NCBI GenBank assembly: GCA_977020255.1
Contig: CDROCS010003502.1
Location: forward strand, 124,001 to 188,000
Length of the DNA stretch: 64,000 nt
From: Obrimoposthia wandeli
Taxonomy: Eukaryota
Direction: 5' to 3'
Shown here: positions 41,901 through 51,344 of the stretch, piece after piece
Layout: every line of letters begins with the position of its first letter
Numbering within the stretch: the first letter of the stretch is position 1
Translations under genes and position numbers: made by a program
The notes under the pieces: model-generated
The model's database searches: none
Told to the model about the DNA's origin: nothing
Seen by the model: only the letters and a program-made list of their open reading frames with translations

Positions 41901-43462
41901 TACAATTTAAGAAAAATATCCTTTATGAATATATTCTTAGATGCCTTGACAAGCATATATTCATTACGAATTAAAAGATACGACAGTTCAATTTTCACGG
42001 TTTTATTGAAAATTTATCGTGTAATATTAGCCTTTTGTGCTTGATTTATTGAAAATAGTGTAGCAAGCAAATCAAATAAGAATGTAGCTAAATAAATTCA
42101 AATTGGAAGTTGAAGGAAAAAATCTTAAAACAGAAAGAGAAGAGAATGAAGATATGGAGAATTGGAAAGTAAAGAAAGCAAACATGAAAAATTATAATGA
42201 AAAGGTGGTATAAAGTAGAAGAAATGAGTTTGTTTCATAAACTGGAGTCACAGAATAAATCAGACAGGTTTCAAATTTCATTTATATGATAAATTATTAT
42301 GTTTATTTTATTTAGTTTTGATACTTAAAATTAGTGATTAAAATACTTTTGAACAATTATGTTTCTTGTTTGAAATACTTGAAAAATTAACGATTATTTA
42401 TAAATATAACATTCATTTTCATATTTATGCTGATTTTGATTCTAATGACTGAAATCACATTTTATAAATATAAAAATATTATTAATAAAACAGCTATATG
42501 GATAAAATCAAGAGAATTAAAGAAAATTGAAAATATAACTGATGCTTTTATATTTGGATTTAAGAGTAACATAAATTGAATGTCAGTTAAAATATTTTTA
42601 ATTAAAAAAGTAAAAATAAGAATATTGTTGGTCTACTCGATGAAAATATTACAATCAACGCCATTGATGGCGCTATGTCGAGTTATATTTTCTGAATAAT
42701 TAAATTAAAAACATACGATTTAAATAAATAATCCAACCTCATTCGTCAATTCGTGAGTATTTCCCAATCATTAGTAAACAGGTGCCTCTCGTCTTCATTT
42801 AACCAAGTGAGGAGTGAGTCCCTTGTGGTAAAGGGTCCATAGCTTTTTGGGAGAGAAGGAGTAGTTGGCATGACATCATCCACTCATCGGGGAAATGATT
42901 CAAATCTTTGTCTTCGTCCAACTCGACCAATATGTTGTCACAGATTGGTTGTGCCACAGCATTTGATAGGAGAGTCAGTGTAACTCCATCTCAATCTTCA
43001 ATGAACGGAGTCAAATAATCGTCTTCCTCCTCCTCGAGATCTTCCTATTATCAGCATCCTCAGGGTGGTCAGATTAGCGGTCGTTGAACATGTCTTCGTC
43101 CGGGTCTGGAGTGAAAACTGAGAACTTCAGTTGAGACAATATGATAAATTGCCATTGTTAGTGGCGTTTGATGGAGACGTCAAAGAAATCAAAGAGGTTG
43201 TTTCTCTTTCTCACTAGTGCCACTGATATTGTGGATTTCATCGCTGCTTCCACTGAAGTGGAAATACAGGAAATTTGAGCAGAGTTCTGCCGTGGAGTAC
43301 AGTCTTCTCAATATTCTACCAACCCCTGACTAATTATTTCGATATATTTGGATCTTTATATCCCTTTTACATCTGCGTTTCTTGTTGCACAGGAAAGAAG
43401 TCTTTATACAATTGCTCCTCGAGCTCTGCGTCCAAATTAACGTGGTTGTCGTGGGATATAAT

Positions 43463-44131
43463 AGAAGTGTAAAGTGTCGGTTCTAAAACAATAGCACACA
43501 AAGCCCCCCCCCCCCCGAACAAGGCACAAGGAACAAAGCACATCTGAAATTTGTTTAGTCATACAGATGTGCTTTGTTCCTTGTGCCTTGTTCGGGGGGG
43601 GGGCTTTGTGTGCTATTGTTTTAGAACCGACACTTTACGTCTCGAAATTTGTTTGGTCTTATGCGTCACTTACGATTATGTAGGTTAATATTCTGTAACA
43701 TTTGTATATAGTTCAAANNNNNNNNNNNNNNNNNNNNNNNNNNNNNNNNNNNNNNNNNNNNNNNNNNNNNNNNNNNNNNNNNNNNNNNNNNNNNNNNNNN
43801 NNNNNNNNNNNNNNNNNNNNNNNNNNNNNNNNNNNNNNNNNNNNNNNNNNNNNNNNNNNNNNNNNNNNNNNNNNNNNNNNNNNNNNNNNNNNNNNNNNNN
43901 NNNNAAATATGTAAATTAAAAAATTTAAATTTTAATTCAAATTAAAAAATTAAAATTTTAATTCGAAAATTAAAATTTGAAATTAAACACAATTGACCGT
44001 CCCAAATTTTTATTTGCAACTATTTAATTTACTTAGTACTGCGACCTCATTCCAGGAGTTAGACTGCCCCGCATAACCGGACAGCTATCGCAGTTTTTAT
44101 CATAAGAAACGTTATTGTTTATAGTAGGAGT
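43463..44131 (+). repeat. Left TIR of the Polinton (contains assembly gap 43718-43904)
   Basis: Reverse complement of 57455-58027, with a few substitutions and indels. Confidence 0.95.
44038..44094 (-). ncRNA. Candidate small structured RNA in left TIR (second copy 57492-57548, + strand)
   Basis: GC-rich 57-mer closed by ACTGCGA/TCGCAGT, starting 29 nt after a TATAAACAAT box and followed by AATAAA. Function is inferred only. Confidence 0.35.
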
Positions 44132-44154
44132 TTAGTAAAAAAAAAAGTCTATGT

Positions 44155-44394
44155 TTATACATAATTATATTCATTGTCACAATCCATGCTTTCTTCTTCT
44201 TCTATTTTAATGATTGTTGCAACTTTAGGTTTAAAGTCTCCATTAAACAGGTGATACATATAAAGTTCTTCAATCCTTGAGACAAAAAGTTCTGGTGCAA
44301 CAAATAAGCTAAAGTACTTTTCAGTATACTGGGCCATCAAGGTAGGGCTCAGGTTATCATAGAGAGCTTGCAATTTTTCTTTAGAAGTAGTCAT
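44155..44394 (-). CDS. Polinton hypothetical protein (79 aa from first ATG)
   Basis: Open frame MTTSKEKLQ...; a TATAAACAC variant box lies 40 nt upstream of the ATG. Confidence 0.55.
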   Translation of the reverse strand: MTTSKEKLQALYDNLSPTLMAQYTEKYFSLFVAPELFVSRIEELYMYHLFNGDFKPKVATIIKIEEEESMDCDNEYNYV

Positions 44395-44559
44395 TTGAAA
44401 TAATGAGAAATTGGTTGATTGAAATGTGTTTATATTTATAGAGAATTTGTTAAAATTATCCAATGAAATTATCCAATGAGTAGCTAGTAGGAAGTCAAGA
44501 CATGGTTATGATACATACAATGTATTAAAAATAAACATCAATAAAAATATATACATACT

Positions 44560-44625
44560 ATAGCATTAAAAATATATACATACTATTGCATTAAAAAGAT
44601 ACATACTATCACATTAAAAATAAGA
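44560..44625. repeat. ~25-bp tandem repeat x3 (aaaaatatatacatactatagcatt-like)
   Basis: Directly visible, lying between the polB end and the 79-aa ORF. Confidence 0.8.
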
Positions 44626-44673
44626 GGATATTAGTTAATACTTTCAAGAGGTTACCCCAGATTTTATATACAC

Positions 44674-47600
44674 CTATCTTAGACTATAGTGTCCATATGC
44701 GACGGATTTGTTTTTCTCAAGCCAAACCCTTTTATCGTCATAACACCTTAACGCAATTTTATCATTATACATTGTAAATATACACTGTCTTACCATATAT
44801 TGAATTATTTTTGAGTTTATAAAACTCTTTATCAAATGTAGTAGTACCCTCTGCCCGTTTCCGACTATTGATATCAATATATGTTTTAAATATAGGAGCT
44901 TGATGAAACTTTATTGCTCTATGCACTTGTTTAATTTCTGCACCCAGAAACAAGTAAAATTGTAGTAGTTGTGAGTGTATGATGTAATTATTTTTATCCT
45001 CATGGGTCATCAACAGCTTTGAAGCTTTTGAGCCGGGAGGGATTTCTCTATTAGGCGCAATCGGTAAGTCATCAAGTTTATCATGAATACTGATGGGTAT
45101 GCCTAAATCAATTTCCAACAAGTATCCATGTTCTTTAAGACTCAAGTTCTGCATATTACCGTGAATATCCCTCTTAGTTATAAGCTCAATTATCGCTTCA
45201 AAACCGTCATATACCCATGTAAAATCTGTATGTGGTAACGGTTGACTCAAGGCCCAGCCATATAAGTTATTTATGTCAATATATAGGAGGAATGTTTCAT
45301 CTGTTGTTTTAACGTAATGTTTATTGATGAAAGTCATCCCTCCCCGTATCCCTGCCTCAAACATGTTATACATTTCGGGATCATGCAATAAATCCACATC
45401 ATACTCTAATGTTTTTAATGCGCTAGCCCAACTGAGACCAGGGATACTAAAGAAATTGAGCGCCTCTAGATTATCATCATCCCTTACTTTCTGTCTAAAG
45501 GCCTCAAAAACATCACATAACAGATACACGTCAAGTTTCATATACTCAAGCATGTAGTCTTTAATAGTATTACACCCTAATACGGTCCACATCATTAGGG
45601 CTTCATTATATTGTTGATCAGTGACTCGAGAAGGAAACTCAGATTTAGCGGGTAACTGCGTCTCCATAAGCCTATCAACACCACTAATATATTCATATGG
45701 AAATACCGCCTTACTTGTGGCAATATTAGGGTTTAGGTATTGTGTAGTATAAGGGCAACTTGGCAAGTATGAAACTAAGGATTCAAGACTTGACGTTGTA
45801 AAAAGGTATGAATCAATGAATTTCAATGTCCCCCTCTTCATCTCTATACGGAGGGACATGAACTTTTCACTTGATTTAGGGATAATTGAAAAGGATTTAC
45901 CTTTCAAGTCGGCATATTTTAAAATATGATGTATATCATAACCCATAAGGTTATGAAACACCACAGGTAAAACCGGTCTCTTTGCAAACTTGCGACTTAA
46001 ATTGCATTTGTTGCATGCCGCACCCAAGTATTTACCCGTGATATGATCATGATCTCTAACCATACGATCGTTTAATTTTTTACAAAGATAGCAATTAGTG
46101 CAATCTCTAAAGTTTAACATGTCATTATTAGTAAAAACCATAGGAACATTAATACTATTTACCCAAAAATCTGCCACTTCACCATTTATCAACTCAGTTA
46201 ATTTATCTACAAAGTTTTTAGCACACTGCAGACCGTAATAACTGAAATATTGTATTGAATTATTAGTGTTGTTTTTCAAAATCATCCCTATAGATATTGG
46301 TTTATGAATGTGTTTGAAAGTATTATGTGGCTCGAGTATTGACTCAAAGTCGGCATATACAACAAATGGTGGCGCAATAGATTTAGACCAGTCGGAAAAT
46401 TGACACTTGATCTCTTTAGGCATTGTAAACAAGGTTGTTAAATCTGTATTAATATTACAATGTGCCCTGTGTTTGTCATATGAAATCGTGGTTCGAAATC
46501 CAAAAGACATTTCTCACACCAAAAGAGACGCACATTATATTTTTGAGTATTTAAAAGTCTATTCAGGTTTGTAATCCCTGTATAGTGATAATTACCGCTC
46601 TGTTCCAACAGCAACAAGTTTACTACCTTTTCGCACTGTTTAAGACTCGTTCTATAAATAACATTAACATCTGGGTTTTTAAACACTAGATGACTACTAT
46701 GAGGCTCTACCTTTGTAGGTTTATAGGAGAATACTGTTATCGCTATATTATTGAGTTTTTCAAACGCCTTGATACCGTCTATCCTCATAGGACCAGGCTC
46801 ACATATAAGTTCATTTAAATAATCATTATAGTTTTCAACTCTTTGTCTGTTTCGATTGAAATCTTTATAGTGTAGGATACTGAGAACAGCGTATTTAAAA
46901 CACTGATCATCAGTATTATTTACGTTCACTATAGATAGTGTTTTAGCAAGCGCAACCGGGGTTTTTATAAATGATGATCCTGCTACGTTTGAAAGTGCAG
47001 TAAATTTAAAGGATACCAACAGAATTTTAAATACTGACCATCCCGAACTCATATCCTTATAAATTTCAATTTTATTGTTGAGCTCAACTGTTCTTGTAGT
47101 GATAAAATCTTGTTCAAAAATATTTGCTTTACAGCTTACATGCCATGTTTTATGTTGACCCTCGTTATTGACAAATTCGGTTTCAACACCAAACTGTATT
47201 TTACAGGGACCAAACACATCTATACTGCTAGTAAGTTCAGTTAGCATAGTATCGTTAATGTATAGTTTAAGCATGTTTAATCCACTAACATCAAAAACAA
47301 GGTTTGATTGAATTGCACCTCCTATTTGATTGTTAAAAGTTAATGTATTATCTGAATTAATTGTAACAATATTATCAAAGTCATCATCCGTAATAGTTAG
47401 GAGTGAGTCGAAAAAATCATTTTCTGTTATAAACTCGTCCTGATCTATAAGTTCATCAATATTATTATTATTTAAGATTTCATTAGGGCTTAAAGGCTCA
47501 ATAATTTCTACAACTTCAGGATAAGTATCAATTTCTACAACACTATCCGGTTCCCATGAGTCTACCACATCAAACTCTTCAGTAAAATTATTAGTTTTTG

Positions 47601-48084
47601 CTATTTTATTGTTGTCTATTGTTGGTACTCTCATTACTTTACGTTTGTATGCTGACTTTTTAGACTTAAAATACGTCAGATGATCCTTATGATCATAATA
47701 AAATGTTTGATAGTCAATACAATATAACACATCACAATGTGGACAAATAAAACCGCTTTTAAATTTATAATATTTAAGCATTACACTATGACATTCTATT
47801 CCATGATTAACGTTTGTGCAATACTTGTACAATGTACATAAGTTACTTCCTCCACGAAGTTTAGGGTATACATGGATAATAGCCCCCTCATGTAAAACAT
47901 CACCGATAATAGCTTCCCTTTCAAAGGGCATGCCATTACGGTTAAAATAAATTTGATCAGTCTCAAAGACTTCATATAATTTATTTGCCAGATCTGTAAT
48001 TTTCAGACCTGGACTAATATTAATGGGTTTGCAAGACCCTAATAAATTTGCAAATATTGTTATATCTGCTGGTAGTTTTCTCAA
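44674..48084 (-). pseudogene. polB: Protein-primed family B DNA polymerase (Ubl + terminal-protein region + EndoVII-like + exonuclease + partial palm); frameshifted and internally deleted
   Basis: YADFE, RDHDHITGKYLGAACNKCN, HNLMGYD, YIDINNLYG and KNNSIYGKT motifs, plus C-terminal KIALRCYDDKR..GHY. One-base frameshift at 46502-46505; catalytic YxDTDS motif absent (junction ~44785). Confidence 0.93.
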
Positions 48085-48085
48085 T

Positions 48086-48835
48086 CTACGCAGCTTCTGA
48101 CGAAATCTTTTTCCCTTCCCTACCTTCTGTTTTAAGTTTACTTAAATCAATATTTTGATTTTTTACTTTCTTTAATTGATTAAAATATTTTTTAAACGGG
48201 ATATTTTCAAAACCCGAGTATATCTCATTTACGTTGAAATTTTCTACTGAATTAACAGGTGACCCAACAGGTGTTCCTGGTTTAAAAAGTAAGGGGTAAC
48301 CTCTTGATTTAATTAACTTATTCTGCGACCCCATTCCAGGAGTTAGACTGCCCCGCGTTACCGGGCAGCTATCGCAGTCGGGAGAATAAGATTTTATATC
48401 CCTTATATCCCCAAAAAGTTTATATAAATGAGTATCATATGGAGAATGAGAATGAGAATGAGAATGAGAAGATGAAGAAGAAGAAGGAAGTTGAGAGTGA
48501 GAAGATTTCTCAAGAGATAAAAAAACTTTTGACATTTTCTTCTTTTCATCATCATCATCATATATTGTTGTTGGCATATTCTTCTTTTTCTTCTGCTTTC
48601 GGCTTCTTTTCTTAGTAGGAGCATGGTGCGTTGAAAGCCATGGTGCGATTGATATTGGCAGTGGTGTGACACTCTGTATTGCTAAATTAAATTAAAAATA
48701 ATAATAATAATAATCAAAATTACCTTTCTTCACAGGTGTCGCATCCAAGTCGACATCATCATCATCATCATCATCGACTGCAGGCTTCACTGTCCATTGT
48801 TTATTGCTGTTGTAAGCAAAAATAATTTTTGACAT
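48086..48835 (-). CDS. Spliced Polinton hypothetical protein, 235 aa (exons 48835-48724, 48681-48086; additional 5'-UTR intron 48879-48836); low-complexity, acidic and NLS-like basic tracts
   Basis: A 42-nt GT-AG intron joins MSKIIFAY...PVKK in frame to the 163-aa ORF; a 44-nt gtaagt...ttag intron ends immediately before the ATG. Confidence 0.7.
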
Positions 48836-49260
48836 CTAAAAAAAAATAATAAAAATAAAAATAAAATCAAAATACTTACTTTTCGAAATTGTGAATGAAA
48901 TTGATAAATGACACTACACTGATTGTTTATATATCGTTCACAATCAGTGTAGTTGCTGCCCTAGATGTACACGTCACACATCACGTGTGTACTTACAAAC
49001 TAGGAATGCGTAATAAAGACTCTTTATTCCCTAGTTGCTACACACGTGATCATAAAGGTTAATTACGGTCAATCAATTATGAATATTTTCATAACCGATA
49101 TTCACACCGTTAAACTTTAAATTTTTAAAAATAATTAACACCATTAATTTTCTCTTAATTAGTAGATTTTAAATCTATTTTTTAATTTATCAAAACTCAA
49201 ATTTTTTTTAATTTCGATGGGACAGCTATTTATAAAACAAATACGATTTTGAATACAAAT

Positions 49261-49266
49261 TTTATT
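49261..49266 (-). terminator. Probable polyadenylation signal (AATAAA) for the structural-gene block
   Basis: Lies ~35 nt downstream of the protease stop, at the start of the only long intergenic gap in the block. Confidence 0.45.
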
Positions 49267-49297
49267 ACCAATCAACACAAATAAAAAGGTTTGACAT

Positions 49298-49678
49298 TTA
49301 TATAGTTTGATCATACAACCATAAGATACATAGTGGACCGCAATTAGTAGTCAGTGGGTTTTGAGAACGAATTTTGTTGTAATATACATGTTTTCCTTGA
49401 GACTCTACATGCTTGATAAGTTTTCCCGGATAGTATACTCCAAGAGGGTCATACACATGTACAGAATTCCGTCTCACGAATAACGCAATCCAGTGTTCTC
49501 CAGGAAGATTTGAGGTATGTGTATTGACAATATATCCCCCAGGCGTTAATGTTGGGATTTTTTCCAACGGGTATACACCCTTAAATCGCGGTCCGAGCAG
49601 CAAACTAGTTATTTCATTCACCTGAACAGTACTTGTTGTTAATAAAATCTTAAAACATAAATTAAAAACTCACTTCAT
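49298..49678 (-). CDS. Adenain-like (adenovirus-type) cysteine protease, spliced, 112 aa (exons 49678-49674, 49631-49298)
   Basis: IVNT...PGEHWIAL and Q....NCG motifs. A 42-nt gtgagt...aag intron restores the typical MNT.Q...FKGVYP N-terminus; the ATG overlaps the capsid stop (ATGA). Confidence 0.9.
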
Positions 49679-50898
49679 ACAATCACACGTCGGCCTTTAG
49701 TTATTTCAAACTCAGAATCAAAAATCCCGTAAATCAGTACGTTTGTTGGGACTGTTAATGACTTGTGAAACTTGATGTCAAGGCGTAAATTACCCTGTTT
49801 TGCTAATTGGTTTTGCGTGATATCAAAGTCAGGGGCTAAAACAAACGTGAAAAATGGATATTTGGTTTCGAATTCATCCAGTGATACGCCATTGTTTATA
49901 TTCTTATCCAAATTACCCATATTTCTAATGATAGATTGGACATATGCAAAGGTGGTTTCACCTGTTTCAAAGTTTGTACTGTAATATTCGTTAAAATCAC
50001 TGTTTCTAGCAAGACTGATAGTGTTAACATTAGAATGATCGAATGTTGAAGAGTCTGTAGCACCATTACCGATAAGTTTTTCACCTGCTTGCAACGTAAT
50101 CAACACAAATTTAGGCAATTGTTCATCATCAAACACTTGATCCTTGTAAAAACTCGTAGAACCGATGGCTAAGGTATGATACATTAGCTTTCTGCGAGTA
50201 TAGGGATATACAGCATTCCTAGATTCAAGACCAATATTATGTCCCATTAAAACATCATTCTCAACTCTGACTCTTCTGACTTTAAGTTTAGCTTCAATAA
50301 ATATGATTCGCGCTAGAGTCGTTCCGTAGTTCAGACAAAACATAGATTTATTAGGTACAAGTCTTACCATGATAGACACACCAGGTAAGAGATACTTTGG
50401 TTGCTCAAAAATATCAGATCGAAGAGTCCCACACAAGTCAATTTCTTTTGAGCGAGCAGCCCAACCTTTACGCTTATCATCATCATCATCATAACCTATA
50501 CTCGACAAACAAGTGTCTTTAGTGTCTGTGCTATAGTTTAGTATGGTTTCAATCATAGCTTTTTGTGCATATTGAGGATGGGTTTCTACTACAGTATTAT
50601 TCATTGTTATATCTATGCTTTTAAATAGGGAATGCATCAAGAAATTTGATGGGACCACATTATCTGCAACAGCTATTTCTGTACCATCAGTTTTCGTTAC
50701 TTTAATTTTCACAAACAACAAGGTATCATTCAAATCTAAGTACTCAATATCTGAACCTTGGATTTTAAACAGAATCTCTGATGTTCTTGTTCCGGTAATA
50801 TTGTTTGTTGGATATATATCTTCAAAGCTACCATTATTTACAACTACCTGGGGCAAAGCTCGATCAAAAATACATAATTCAGATTTACCACAAGCCAT
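49675..50898 (-). CDS. Major capsid protein (Polinton PY, double jelly-roll; F54H12.2-like)
   Basis: KSEL..F, EYLDLNDTLL, FLMHSLF and LRSDIFEQPKYLLPGV motifs typical of Maverick MCP; 407 aa. Confidence 0.82.
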   Translation of the reverse strand: MACGKSELCIFDRALPQVVVNNGSFEDIYPTNNITGTRTSEILFKIQGSDIEYLDLNDTLLFVKIKVTKTDGTEIAVADNVVPSNFLMHSLFKSIDITMNNTVVETHPQYAQKAMIETILNYSTDTKDTCLSSIGYDDDDDKRKGWAARSKEIDLCGTLRSDIFEQPKYLLPGVSIMVRLVPNKSMFCLNYGTTLARIIFIEAKLKVRRVRVENDVLMGHNIGLESRNAVYPYTRRKLMYHTLAIGSTSFYKDQVFDDEQLPKFVLITLQAGEKLIGNGATDSSTFDHSNVNTISLARNSDFNEYYSTNFETGETTFAYVQSIIRNMGNLDKNINNGVSLDEFETKYPFFTFVLAPDFDITQNQLAKQGNLRLDIKFHKSLTVPTNVLIYGIFDSEFEITKGRRVIV

Positions 50899-50900
50899 TA

Positions 50901-51308
50901 TTAAGCAAATATTGTACCTTGTTTTCTTCGTTTGTTTATACTAAATGCTTTCTTTCTACCACTACCCTCTTGCTTTTTAGTTTCGGGTTCAACCGTTTGT
51001 GCTGCTTCACTTGCTTTACGTTTACGTCGATTTTTAATAATTTTAACAACTGTACCAAAAGCTTCCTTAGCCTCCGGTATGGCTCCGGCAACTTCCCCTA
51101 GTGCATGTTGTTTAAGCATTGGTAACACAGATTTGTTGTTCATTATTACATCTTGAACTGTTTTAACTCCAACACGACCTAATCTTTTCAGTATAGGGAA
51201 TGCTAACCGCCCCAATGTTTTCAACCATCCCGAACCGTACTGTTTACCTACAAAATATGGTAATTCACCACCTTGTTGAGGTCCACTAAATGTCTCAATT
51301 ATATTCAT
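50901..51308 (-). CDS. Small Polinton core/virion protein (135 aa from first ATG) with QxGG/QxGxG sites and an amphipathic helix
   Basis: QQGG, QYGSG followed by WLKTLGRLAFPILKRLG, QEGSG, basic C-terminus. Confidence 0.7.
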   Translation of the reverse strand: MNIIETFSGPQQGGELPYFVGKQYGSGWLKTLGRLAFPILKRLGRVGVKTVQDVIMNNKSVLPMLKQHALGEVAGAIPEAKEAFGTVVKIIKNRRKRKASEAAQTVEPETKKQEGSGRKKAFSINKRRKQGTIFA

Positions 51309-51344
51309 AACTGTAATGGACAACTATTTTTGAATACAGATTGT

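Noticed and set aside
42740-43456. GC-richer, coding-like sequence on the minus strand at the Polinton's left flank (e.g. HDNHVNLDAELEEQLYKDFF, FSVFTPDPDEDMF)
   Set aside because: Many stops and no recognisable family motif; cannot be assigned without a search.
43702-43914. 70-aa ORF from the ORF track
   Set aside because: Artefact of translating across the 187-N gap.
44038-44094. TIR motif as a known self-cleaving ribozyme or tRNA
   Set aside because: No hammerhead CUGANGA/GAAA core, HDV nested pseudoknot, twister core or tRNA B-box on either strand. A TTAAATAGTTGC similarity to pistol ribozymes lies outside the part conserved in the third copy.
46495-46510. Programmed -1 frameshift in polB
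   Set aside because: T CTT TTG is not a canonical X XXY YYZ heptamer; a 1-nt deletion or sequencing error in a homopolymer is simpler.
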